DNA of 64,000 bases from the human T2T-CHM13v2.0 reference genome, Homo sapiens, in NCBI RefSeq assembly GCF_009914755.1, contig NC_060945.1; one strand, given 5' to 3'. Positions 28,189 to 41,350 of the stretch are shown in pieces. Within the stretch, counting starts at the first letter, position 1, and each line of letters begins with the position of its first letter. Made by a program: the position numbers and the translations under genes. The notes beneath the pieces were generated by a model. That model saw only the letters and a list, made by a program, of their open reading frames with translations, searched no databases and was not told where the DNA came from.

Positions 28189-30280
28189 TTATTTTTATGT
28201 AGCAGATACAATACTCAAATTTAAGGTTCTTCCCCAGATGTAAGCTCATTACTAGTAAAGGAAATTTTTAAACACAGAGCTCCATAGAGTGCTAGGTTTC
28301 TTTGTTGGTAAACAAGAGAATAAGGATGAAAGGAAACATTCTTGGATGCATTTTTTTCATATAGCCATCTTTTTTCTGGGGTCTAAGAATTACTGAACAA
28401 GGAGAGACATGATAGGAATGTTGTTTTCCATTGACGCATGATTGGCATGCAATGACCAGCAGCTACTGGCTTATCACTGCGTTTGCAAGCTTCCTTCATG
28501 GCATGGCAAAACAGGTTTATAATCTTGACTTTCAGTTATTTGTGATAACTTATTATATTGATACTTAGCATTTTGCCATCAAAGATGGGACAGAGTTAGC
28601 AATAGTGCATGCCCTCACTTTTGCTTTATAAGAAACTGGGATCATTTACAAATCTTTGATAAAAGGATACTGGGATCTATTTTGTTCTTCCTACTTCATC
28701 TAATTGCCTCATAACAGACACTCAAAATTTCCAGAACTTAACCCACCCAGACCTGTGCTGGCCCTTGCTTCTACTGGGTTATCAGAGCAATTGTTAAATT
28801 TTCAAGAATTTTGTAAGCTCTTCGATGTCACATTCACAACTTATATTGGCAATGGTGAGATTATTTAAAGGATGGATATTAGCAAACACCAACAGGAGCT
28901 CTCCATTTCCTTTTTCAGAAAGCCAGGTCTTCCAGCACACATTGAGCCTAACACATCATATTAGATTTACAAGGGATCTTTTGACACATTTATTTGACAG
29001 AGAGAAATCAAAATGTTTGTTACTTATTCTACTGATGTAGTTGGGTACAGGTGTAGTTATTTTATCTATTGGCACTAAAAATTTTTTCTTTGTTGGAAAA
29101 ATACTTTGTCCAATATAAATTGGAGCTACCAATTTATATTTGGACAATGAGAATCACAATGGTCTGGAAAGGGATAGGTGAAATGAAGTATTACTAAACT
29201 CCTGTACTTACGCCAGTGTGACAGTTACTGAAACTGGAGACCGAAAGAATGGCTTGGGTTAAGAGGAGATGACTGTGAGGGGGAAGGGGTCACAAATAAT
29301 ACATGTGAGTTATTATTAAGGAATAAGCATTTTCTAACATATCCTAAGATTAATATTACACTGAAAATGTAGAGTGTCTTTTCTATCCTTCTGTCTCATT
29401 CTGTTCCTATTGTAATTATTCTACTACTATGGTTAGTAGATTTATTGTCTATTGAGAGTAAACAGAAATTTTCAAGGCTTAATAAAATCAAACATATATG
29501 TCATATCAAATCAAAACAAATGTGAGTATGTCTGAGAGAGAGAATTTCAGAAGTTAATCCAGTAAAATTTTGTTTGTGTTATACAAAGTAATGCATTGTG
29601 TTTAGGGTTTTTGATTTCTGATCTAATATCTGATGGTTACTTTACTTTATCTAAGTGTTTATTTATTTGATAACTTGGTAAATAATATCTTCAATATGAT
29701 CTCAGAATTTTAATCTATAAAATAGAATTAGCAAAAAATACTTTTGTAGCTTACATTGACATCCTAATTATATGGAAGGATACTCTGAATGGTTTCATTA
29801 ATATATTAAGTCTTCTCAGCAAATGCTTCCCCATGATGAAAGCTGACATTTATAATCAACCTCTAATATCACATTTCTACAGACTTATTCCTTTGCTTAC
29901 ATTTATTAGAGTGCATTTGAATAATTTACCTTCTAATTTTTCAGCTAACATCTGTGCAAAAAAATTTTAATAAGCTAGAGGAAAGAAAATAGCCACCAAA
30001 ATAGATTGCCTCCTTTAACACAAAACACTGTTTTAGAGAAGTAGCATATGAGAAATTACTGTGAAAAGGACATAATTTCACTATTTATTCAGTTTTAAAT
30101 ACTCTATGTTGTAGTTCATATATAACATAAATAGCTCTGTGAAAGGAAGAAAAACTATATTTTAGATACTTCAGAGGTTATTAGGCTCAGAAAACCCTGG
30201 GAAAATGAACTTGAATCTATGGAAATATTTGTTAATCTCACAAATCTACCAGTTCTTTTCTCCACTCGAAAGTTAATTCA

Positions 30281-30640
30281 TATACACCATGAAATACTAT
30301 GCAGGCATAAAAAAAGAATGAGATCATGTCCTTTGCAGGGGGAGCTGGAGACCATAATTCTTAGCAAACTAACACAGTAACAGAAAAGCAAATACTACAT
30401 GATCTCTTATAAGCGGGAGCTAAATGATGAGAACACATGGACACAAAAAGGGAAACAATGAACACTGGAGATTACTGGATGGTGGAGTGTGAGAGGAGGG
30501 AGAGGATCAGGGAAAATAACTAATGGGTACTAGGCTTAATACCTGGGTGATCAAATAATCTGTACCACAAAGCCCCATGACTTAGATTTACCTATATAAC
30601 AAACCTGCACATGTACCCCTGAACTTAAAATAAAAGTTAC
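30281..30640 (+). mobile_element. L1PA13-16-like 3' end
   Basis: atgagatcatgtcctttgcagg...gggtactaggcttaatacctgggtga...cctgaacttaaaataaaagtt. Confidence 0.88.
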
Positions 30641-30664
30641 ACAAAGAGCTAAGCATCCTGGGAG

Positions 30665-30900
30665 AAAAAATTCAAAATTTTTGAGTAAGCTTCATACAAT
30701 TTTCCACAGCAGCTGAACCATTTTACTTCCCAATGAATTTGCCAACTCTTACCTTTTGTTTCCCTTTATAATAGCCATCCTAATAGATGAGATGACATCT
30801 CACTATGGTTTTGATTTGCAATTCTCTAACAGTTAGTGTTGTTAAGCATTTCTCATATACCTTTTGGCAATGTGTATGTCTTCTTTGGAAAAATGTCTGT
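30665..30900 (-). mobile_element. L1M ORF2 segment, inverted 5' part of a twin-primed L1
   Basis: Antisense L1 (ataatagccatcctaa, ggttttgatttgca, tatgtcttctttgga). Confidence 0.8.
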
Positions 30901-31440
30901 CATATAATCCAACAATCCCACTTCTGTGTTTTTATCCAAAACAATTGAAATCAAGATCTCCAAGAGATGTCTGCATTTTCATGATTATTACAGCATTATT
31001 TACAATACACATGATATGGAAACTAATGTCCATCAATAGATAAGCAAATATAGCAAATGTGGCATATACATACAATAAAATATTATTTGGCCTTAAAAAT
31101 AAGAAAATTCTGTCATATATGACAACATGGATGAATTTGGGGTACATTATGCTAGGTGAAATAAGACAGTCACAGAAGGACAAACTGCACTTTTCCCCTT
31201 ATACGAATTATCTGTAATAGACTCATAGAAACAGAAACGAGAATGGTGCTTGTCAAGTGCTGAGGGATGGGGGAAATGGGGAGTTGCTGTTCAACAGGTA
31301 TAAAGCTTCAGTTATGCAAGATGAGTAAGTTCTAAACCTCTGTTCACCATAGCACCTATAGTTAATATTACTGCATTGTGTATTTAAATTTTTGTTAAGA
31401 CTGTAGATCTCACGCTAAGTGTTCCAACTACAATAAAGAA
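30901..31440 (+). mobile_element. L1MA9/10-L1MB-like 3' end
   Basis: catataatccaacaatcccacttctg...gtagatctcacgctaagtgttc...aataaag. Confidence 0.82.
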
Positions 31441-32235
31441 GTCAATTCACAGTGAATATATCATTATAAATAGATATTTATATTTTCTCTGTGAAGCTTC
31501 ATGTAATATTAACTAACTTCTTAAGAAAATTTAATGGTCTTCCAGCTACCTGCTCTGTCACATTCTTAAGTGCTTTAATTGGGGATGTTACAGCCACCAC
31601 CACAATATGGAGGAGCTACTTTCAAGTTTCATCATATTTGCAAGTTTTATATTATGTATAATTTTTTTAAAAGTTCACTCTTCTAACAAAATAACTGTAT
31701 TGAGAGGATCCAGTGATTATGAAAGAAGGCTCAGTCAGAAATCCTTAAACTATCTTTAGCAAAGATCCTCTGGTATGTAGTAACAGAATCAGGGTAATAT
31801 CAATAGGAAGAATCCAGTACAACAGAAATAAATAGACATTAGCTGTTTTCTCAGTAATTATGTAGGAAAAAGGGACCAAGACTCTCAGTAATGGAGGCAA
31901 TAGATTTTATCTTTAAAAACAAGGAAACTTGGTTGTATATTCCTAATCTTGCCTTGTAAAACTATGTCTACCGTGTTAATATTATTAACTGATTGACTTG
32001 AATCCTTGATGATATTGTTTGTCAGTCATAATTCTTTGCGTTACTCTCATTTCAGCTAGGTATTCTGATGATGTACAGACACATATACCCATACACAACT
32101 CACAGCATTACGGCTTACTAAATAGAACTCCAAGCTAATAATGCCTTTGACGTTATTATTGCATACTTTTCCTTGTTAAAAATATTAAGGAGAGAAAAAT
32201 AGTGTGGGCAGACTCGTAATTATAAAGCCACAGTC

Positions 32236-32545
32236 GGCTGGGCGCGGTGGCTCACACCTGTAATCCCAGAATTTTGGAAGGCCGAGGTGGGCAGATCACG
32301 AGGTCAGGGGTTCAAGACCAGCCTGGCCAACATGGTGAAACCTCATCTCTACTAAAAATAAAAAAATTAGCCAGGCATTGTGCCAGGCACCTGTAATCCC
32401 AGCTACTACATCAGGTAAACTCAGGAGGCTGAGGCAGGAGAATCACTTGAAACCAGAAGGCAGAGGCTGCAGTGAGCTAAGATCGCGCCACTGCACTCCA
32501 GCCTGGGCGAAAGAGCGAAACTTCGTCTCAAAAAAAGAAAAAAAA
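32236..32545 (+). mobile_element. AluS (Sg-type) with a 14-bp non-consensus insertion
   Basis: Full dimer; acatcaggtaaact inserted at 32408-32421 within cagctact^caggagg. Confidence 0.95.
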
Positions 32546-32877
32546 TAGATAGTCTCGGATTACTGTCCATCACTTTTGAATCAATCAAAGCTATCTCACA
32601 AATGTTACTTTAGAAGTTGTACCTTCTATTTTTTTAAGGAAGTCAATTTAGCATCGTGTAGCTGAAGAAGGTGTATATCTGTGACATGCAGGGAGAAATA
32701 CAAAAAAAAAAAAGAATTCTGCATTTGAGGACAAACATGTTTCTAGAAAATAATTTTGTACCTCCCGGCTTAATTGCTAACCATATTTCAGGACTTTTAG
32801 TTCTTCCCTTGACATTTAGAATTCAGCCTTGAAATAATAAATATGAATTAGAGCCAGAAAACTTCTCCTGTTCCTGT

Positions 32878-32948
32878 CCTTGAAGTTTCTGTTACTTCCC
32901 AGAGTTTAATCCGCCCTTGAGGTTTCTGTTACTTCCCAGAGTTTAATC
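32878..32948. repeat. Two-copy 37-bp-period tandem duplication
   Basis: ccttga(a/g)gtttctgttacttcccagagtttaatc occurs twice. Confidence 0.95.
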
Positions 32949-33529
32949 TTCTCTTGGGAGAGAAATGTTACGTATTACTCTCCCTTTGCCTTGGATACTC
33001 ATCTATTTGGGTCAAGTTGAGGTAATCCTGGGTCTTTCTATACTGTTTTAATCAGGTTTTGTCCTGATGCAGTTGTGTTCCATGCCTCCTTCACTTTCTC
33101 CTAATTACAATTTCTGGGCGCTAGCAACCAAATGTCGATTAAGGTATACTTAGGGTCCACCATCTTGTAATCTACTCCAGTTGAATTCTCCACGGTTATG
33201 TGTCATTGCTGGTGGTCATAAACAACTTCTTTTGCTTTTCACTGCAGCTGCTTCAAATGTCACCATTTGCACTTCATCTTGCTCTCGTTCCATGCTCTCC
33301 ATTTCCCACATTTCTGGGTCTGCTAATGGCCACATTCTGGTAAGGTCTCCAAATCCAACTTTACCTGTAAGAGTCTTGGTCCCCTGATTCTAACACAAAT
33401 TGTGATGGAGCTCTCCTCTGATTATTTCTTCTGCATTGGCTGCTTTATATTGTTACAGCTTTGATTCTGTTGACAGTACACAACTTCTGATAGATCGTTT
33501 GATGCCAAATGTAATTTTAGCTTCCTAGG

Positions 33530-33690
33530 TCAGTTCAGTTCACCGAATATCATTAAGCATTTACAATAGTGCTGGACGTGGTGCTAAGGGTGGGGGAAAT
33601 AGGGACAAATCAGACACCATCCCAGCCCTGAAGAAACTATTAATTTGATTAGGAGGAAGAAAGGAAATTGCAAATCAATGTAAATAGTAG
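33530..33690 (-). mobile_element. L2 3' fragment
   Basis: ttcagttcaccgaatatcattaagcatt...gtgctaagg...cccagccctgaagaaact. Confidence 0.65.
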
Positions 33691-35402
33691 TTGATAGTTC
33701 TGATGATTTTGCTATTGCTTCTACTCTAGCCTGCTCCAGCCCCCACCTTTACTGCTACACAATCTACAGAGAGTCAATGTGGACAACCTTCACTAAAGAC
33801 ACATTACGTGTCTGATTAAAACAGGTTTGTGAAAATACAGCCTTGCTTCTGGACTCTCCAACAGATCATCAGTGTATCATCTTGTTCTCAGTCTTATAAA
33901 TCCTACATAATTATTTATAGCATGCCTAAAGTAGAAATCATTAAACTCTAAATGGCAAAGCAGACTTTACTTTTTTGCATATAGTACTTTAATCAAGTGG
34001 CTTTTTTATATGCTCTCTTTATGTGATAAATCAATAAAATCATCTGAGTCCTATAAAACAGTAAAATACATGAGAATTGTATTTTTATATAAATAGTATA
34101 GAAATTCAAAGTATTTCCTTAAAATTTTAAACTGCTATATTCCTTTATTGACATTGATTAAAGAATCATACTTCTCAGTGTGTATTTATTCTAAATATTT
34201 GCCTCACCTTTAGAATAAAGAGAGAAGTCGCAAAATAGAAGTCACAGACTTTACATTTCAATTCATTTCTGAAACATACGCCATCCTTAAATTTTTTTAA
34301 GCAGAGTAATAGCATCAGCTAAATTCTTCATTATCTATAATTTACACTCAAGTCACAAATTTGTATTCAAGTCAGGAATTTATTTTCAGTTCTTTGCCCT
34401 GAATAAGTCTATTATACTTTCTACACAATAATTTTTGCTTATGAATTTTTATGAAAGCAACTTGATAATATATTATAACTGAGTCTATATGCACATAGGG
34501 AATTGGAGAATTGTTCCTCTCACAGACGTACGCAAATTGAATAATAGTTCCACCTAAGATACCTGCCTATTTCAGGTCAATAGTCTTTTGCCTTGGATTA
34601 CAAATAATTTTCCAGTACTCTATTTGGCATGTATGGGCATGGTCTTAATCTGCCCTACCATATCTGGTTTCAAAATGCCAGTGCTTTTTGGTACTTAATA
34701 ATTAAATATGGATGATAAAACATTCCCTGGCATTAAAGTGGTACATCGGACGGTAAAATTCACACAGTAAGACACTAAAATTTAAGGTGATAGTAGCCAG
34801 ATGGCTTTTCTGATGTTCTAAAATACACATGAAGGATTTTATTAATTTAACCACCATATGGGACGGAGTTGAAATTAGTATCTACGGGCAGTTAAATCCA
34901 GATATAACCTGGATATAACAGTGTGTACTATTGCAACTTTTGCTGTTTTTCTCTCTGTTGACACTACATGGAATCATTTTAGTTCTTCTTTTCCATGTAG
35001 ATGCAGGAATAGAATACCTGCCTTCTGTCAGTTTTATATTGTTAAAAGTACTTAAAATCGAAATGAGAAAACACTTAGGTATACATCCAGAAGGTGGTAA
35101 TTGATTCTTATACAAATTCTACATCATTGCCTCATGAAATCTATCAAGGAACATGCGTTCAACAATTAACATTAATTTTATATTTTCTTTACTGGCTCCT
35201 GAACTATTTTATATCCAATATAATGTTCAAATTTAAAAAGCAGAAATATCAATTTTCAAAGTAACTGTACATCCACAGAAGAATATTAGATGTGGTTTTT
35301 GAAATGACATTCTGCTCTTGGATCAGCTGGTCAACCTCCTTCAAGTGTAATCTAATTTATCACCTGTTAAATTAAGGTGATGCAGCTCTAGATGACATCG
35401 GA

Positions 35403-35609
35403 CCAGCAACTGGCTAACTATGACCCATGGGCCAAATCCAGTTCACAGTATGTTTTTGTACTGCCCTCATGCTAATTTTTAAAAAAAATGTTAAAAGGTT
35501 GTGAAAAAAATAAATAAGCAAACAAATAATAAGAAGAATATGCAACAGAAACCATATGCTACTAAGATATTTACTATTTGGCCCTTGACAGAAAGTATGT
35601 TAACCTTTG
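35403..35609. mobile_element. MER58A-like hAT MITE
   Basis: ctaactatgacccatgggccaaatccag...atatttactatttggcccttgacagaaag. Confidence 0.75.
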
Positions 35610-38249
35610 TACTAGATAACAAATGTTTATACAGAATTGGATCTGTAGGTTTCAACACAGATACTGGAAGGCAACAAATTCACAAATGTAAAAAATTCAC
35701 ACTAAAAATCACCCTACATAAATATGGCAGAGTTTTCAATTGAGTAATACTAAAAGATGAAAGTTCAATTGCTGAATACATATAAGCAAAGACAATGTTT
35801 ATCAGAGCCAGGTTCTATGAAATCCAATACAACAGATTTCTGGAAAATTCAAATTAATTATCAGTGTTAAGCTATTTTAATAAGCTTAGTTTTTCACAAT
35901 ACTACAAAAATAATTTCATTTCTTTCTGAATGTAATAGTGAACAATTTTATAGTGACTTTGTATTTTGTAAAGTATATTCATCTATGTCTTCTCATTTGA
36001 TATTTGAAACATCAAATGTGTTTTGTTTAAAGATTTGCATAAAATTACACAGCTACTTAGTGATAAAATGAGATTTTCTGTGCCCAAGCCCCATGCTCTT
36101 CCCCCTACACAGGGTTGCTCCTTATCAGGTGAAAAAATGTATACAGGTAAATGGAAAAATAATTAATTGTTAATTATGGATATAGCTGTATCTATTTTTG
36201 TAAAAGAAGAAACTGCAAAATAACTAAATAAATTTTATCAGAGGTGAAAAAGAGTTTCCAATGCATGTAGACATGACTAGAGTTAATCATATACCAATCG
36301 CCAATAAATAAGTTGGTTACAAATTTAAATAAATAATTGAATTCACTATATTTCAGATTTAGTGTGTTTTTCAGTTAATGCAAATAAAAGCTGGAAGAAA
36401 TGAAGTAAAAATTCATAACCACTACATTATAAAATAACTGTTCATTTTTAAGGTAGTTTAAAACATCTTTAGTAAAACTGTGTTCTACAGACTTCTACTC
36501 AGAGATGGAACAGTTCAAAATCAAGATGATTGTGAAAGTACAGAATTGAGATACTTGCATAGCCCTTCTAACATTTCATAAAACCATAAGATGCAGAATT
36601 ACAATACTGGTGGTATAACAGATACATTTTTCCTTCAAGTTTACATTGTTTTACTAAACATCTTCCTTCATACAAATAAAATATAAATATATCATTTAAT
36701 TCAGAATCATAAATATCGTATGTTCTAGTAAAGTAAGAGATTGCATTTCCTTATTGATATTCATTAACTTAATATAAATTAAAAGTTACAGTATTACTAA
36801 GTCATGTAGATATCATTTTTACCACTACCATTAGTGTTGGTTTGTAAAACTCTAGCTTTATTACTCTACTAAAATCTTTTATGCAGTATTATATAATATG
36901 AAACACTCCAGTTTTCCCTGTGGTATATAATCTTTCACACTTTTAGGTTTTCATAACCTCACTGACTAAAACACTCTCAAAGTTACTGACTTTTTAATAC
37001 AAAATTTTAAGTCTCAATAGCAAATACATTTGATAAAATAACCAGGCTTTTTAACAGGCTATTATAGATACAATGTATTGCATCAATTTCAAACCACAAT
37101 TCTCAAAACTTAAGGTAAGGTCTATTGCTTAGACTTGCAACTAAGGAAGTCAGATCCCTGAAAAGGTTTGTTTTTATCTGTGGTCTGATGGTATTCATCA
37201 CAAATTTCCTACTTGGAGAATTTATGATTTTATATTTCAACTTTACATTATAAGACAAGAAATTCAAAAACTGTATTTCCCAAGCCTCTAATTGTTCATG
37301 TGGTCCAACCTTCATGCTCTATTTGCCACATCATAAATACCTCATATATTACAACCTGAGAGAAGCTTTTAAGTAGTAATTTTGAAAACCAAACCAGAAA
37401 GTGCAAGTCAATTTCTAACCAAGTTCAAGTGTGCCTATTAATTTCTGTGACTTATTTGAACCATAAAGACCTTTTCACTTGAACATAGTGGAGTCATTAC
37501 TGTGACTTTGCTACACAAAATTCAGTGGAGAATAAAGTTAAAACGTGATTCTATCTGTCTGTGTAACAAGAGAAGGTCAAATCTGTTTTTTGTTTCTGTT
37601 TAGGGTTTTGGGGTGGGGGATGGACTGTTCAGTCTTTTTGAGCATAACAGCTCTGCCACTGTACATGGCATTGGTTTAATTTTCTTACTTGTAAAGAGAA
37701 AATCATTGCTTAAATAATTAGGTAATATTCCTAAAGGATTTAACTCCTTAGGGAAAACATAAAGCAGGATAAATGTGTTTAATTATAATTTGGTCATGCC
37801 TAGACTATCGTGCCCTGCTTATATTTTTTCTTTATTATAACTTTAACTTCCAAAAATTATAGCAAAAAAATGAACACAACCAAAATTCCATATCATTCCA
37901 TCACGTAAAATGATGAATTGCTCTGGAGAGTTTAACAATATAGCAACTTAGAAAGATGAGCATGTATTTAAAGAGATGATACATTCAATTGTATTAAGTC
38001 CACATTTTCACAGAATTTCCTGCAATGTATAAAGGGAGTTTCCATTCCCACAGCTTTCAATGTGTTTCTTCTCTAGATCAAAATGGAATTCCTTATAACA
38101 TTCACAGGTAAATCAATCCCTCAAGCATCTGCACATCTGAGAAGATTGCTCCTCTCCAGTTCATAGCCCTAAGACTGCCAACTCTAGTACTAAGAAAAGT
38201 ACATTCAAAGTACAGCCCTGCCATTTTCCCATAATTTAATCCCATGCAT

Positions 38250-38400
38250 AATTAGTTCATCCGCCTGAGCTTCAGTTTGCTCGTTTATAAAATGGGCTTG
38301 AAAATGTCACACCCAAAGGGTTGTTGTAGAATTATATGACATAATTCATGCTAACTATTTTGGGTAGTACATGTTACACAGTATGAACTTAAAACATAAA
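38250..38400 (+). mobile_element. MIR fragment
   Basis: ctgagcttcagtttgctcgtttataaaatggg...agggttgttgtagaatt. Confidence 0.65.
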
Positions 38401-39059
38401 TATTTTCTATTACTCATTTTTTGGTTGTTACTTACAAGATTATGTCTCCCTATCCCCGGATGTGTGAAAATTTAATCCCAAGCATGCTCATTTTTAAAGC
38501 AACGTTGAATCGCCCACACAAGAGCTTTTGTTACCCAAATTCTAAGGCTTTGTTCCTGCTGTCACTTCTATTTTTTTTCCCTTTTTCAAACTCTCGATGT
38601 TATAGAATGACACCTTTAAGGTTTAGATAAAATTCCTTCTTTAGTCAAGCCCACTTTGGATACATACATACCTCCCATTATAATATATTCTTAAATACTA
38701 TAATTAATTGTCTCCCAACTTCCCCTTTCCTGGTTTTCTACCATCAATCAGCATTATAGAGTGCAAATGATGTACATACAGCACCCTTGTGGATATGCCT
38801 TTATAAATCAAACAAGTAAGTTGGTTAATTTATACAATGCTTAAACTAAATTGCTACATTTCTTTAGACACAATGAAATAAGTGTTGAAAATATTACCTT
38901 AGTCTTAGTCTAGTATGTAGTATATTGTGGGAATTCGATTACATTTAATTTGATTAAAATTAATGTTATTATTCTGTAAATTAGATATAAAATCTTTCTT
39001 TTTGAATTTTGTCTTAAAATGTTTAATTTTTTTTAACCTTTCGTTTATTTGTTTTTGCA

Positions 39060-39365
39060 TTTTTTTTTTTTTTTTTTTTTTTTTTGAGACGGAGTCTTGC
39101 ACTGTCACCCGGGCGGGAGTGCAGTGGTGAGAGCTCGACTCACTGCAACCTCCAACTTCCAGGTTCAAGTCATTCTCCTGCCTCAGCCTCCCGAGCACCT
39201 GGGATTTCAGGTGCCTGCCACCACGCCCGGGTATTTTTTTGTATTTTTAGTAGATACGGGGTTTTACTATGTTGACAAGGCTGGTCTCGAACGCCTAATC
39301 TCGTGATCCACCAGCCTTGGCCCCCCAAAGTGCTGGAATTACAGGCATGAGCCACCACACCCAGC
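39060..39365 (-). mobile_element. AluS, full length
   Basis: Antisense dimer with long poly(T); TSD tgcatttt on both sides. Confidence 0.93.
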
Positions 39366-41234
39366 TGCATTTTCTTTTTTTAATTGTATATTTCCTTCGG
39401 ACTTACGTGTGATTTTACCAAATACTATTTTTTATAATTACATTCCATCTATTAAATGCAATTAAAATACTATTAAATAGTATAAACTTCTTTTTTGGTT
39501 CAAATGAAATAAAATGATATCGTTGTGTATACTCTGGGCCTTGGCAACATTTTCAAAGAAAGTGGTAAACAACAAAATATGTGACTTAAATTTTCATCGT
39601 TTGAAAAAATATTTTTAATAAAGGTAGTAAAAATTCTACTACCCTAGTAAATATGTTCCAGAGATTTTTAGCCTAAGGAAATTCTAAGAAAGTAAAAATT
39701 ACATGCACAAAAATGCCAATTACTGTAGTATCAAAAATAAATACAGGGAAAAATAGCTTTCAGTAATTGAATATTCATAAAATTGATATCATATTATGCA
39801 GCATTTATGATTTTATCTTACAGTACTATCACATATAAAGAATGTTTACAAGTTTAAACACAACGTGCAAACTATGAAATTGTATCTTCTCTTTGATTAA
39901 AAGTGCCCAAGTTATATTGTTAACAAATGTTCAGAAGAATTTATTTTCTAAATTTCTAAAACAGTGCTGATTTTCCCGTGTGTAGAATGACTGTGCTCCT
40001 GAAACTACCAACACCAATTATCTGCAGAAAGGGAACTCAGCTTATTCTGCTTTACAGTAAGAGGTGGGAAGGGATGATCCCCAGTCTCTCCTGCAAATAG
40101 AGTAAGCAACGCAAATTTCTTTGGAAGCAATCAGCTGAAAAGCAACTTGGCCAAAGGGTGTATATCTTCATGTTACGTTTACAGGGACATTGTTGTTGTT
40201 TTTTTTTTTTTTTGAGATTTATTCGTGTTTTTCTGCCAAGGAGTTTAAAGCATGGCCGTGAGGTAACAAAAAATTTGAGACATTAAAGTTATATGATATT
40301 CGTATTAATGTTGTTTAAACCATACATTAATGAATAAATCTAAATTAGACAAAGGAGATGTTGGAAGCAATACGTCCTCTTTAGCAAAGATGCTGGTTAT
40401 CAATGGAGTATTTTTAAAAGAAACTAATTTCTCAGCTCTGGTACATGATTTAAAACTATTACAGACATGCACAAATTATTCAAGGGAAGAACACAGGGGT
40501 TTTGTAAAACCATTCCATGTTTTTTTAATGATAAAAACAGAGCTCATATAATAATAATATTATAGCTATCCTTTCTAAAATCGTTACTTTTGCTATTTAT
40601 CAGCTAAGTACTTTAAGTCTCACAAAATCTTATTGCAATCAGTAATATTTTTATCTCTATTTTACTTAAGTAGAATCTGAGGCTGAAAGAGAAGAAATAA
40701 CTTGCCTGATGTCAAACAGTTTCAGAAAACTAGATTTTCTTTGTAGGAGGGCAGTCTCTCTAGTTAAACATTGTGCTTAGTTTTTGTTGTTTATAAATGT
40801 ATCTACCTAATCAACAAAGGTGTGCAGAATTGGAATCTTATAAATACAATAAAAATGTACTTAGATCAAGATATAAGAACTCATAAAGGTACATAATGTG
40901 TCCCAAATTTTCTAAGAAATATCCTGATATCAAAATATAAGATCGTTGATGTCACATAATATTTTTTAAAGGCGTTCTTCATGAACACACTTTATTTATA
41001 TTGATAAGTCTTGGGCCATGTGTAACACCTTTCTATAAATGAAAGAATAAAATTAGGATGTCACAATTTTTGTCATCAAGTTGATTATATTTATTCCTGA
41101 AGAATATCCAAATTTGTAAAACTGAGAGAGTTTTACAGATGTCAGAGAGAATATTAACCAAAAAAGGCATAGCATGAACAAGGTTACTATGCAGTGGAAT
41201 GGGTCATCAATAATTATAGATTTTAATGATATTA

Positions 41235-41350
41235 TACTATTATCCTCATTTTACAGATAAAGAAAATAAGCAACTTGTCATACTACCACAGCTAATAAAT
41301 AGAAACACTGGTATTTAAATCAATGCATGTTTGATTTTAAGCCTGTGCTT
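41235..41350 (-). mobile_element. MIR fragment
   Basis: tattatcctcattttacagataaagaaa...cacagctaataa. Confidence 0.65.

Noticed and set aside
35001-35096. Possible + strand exon (ttttccatgtag|ATGCAGG...GGTG|gtaatt)
   Set aside because: Weak donor and no recognisable peptide; cannot be supported from sequence alone.
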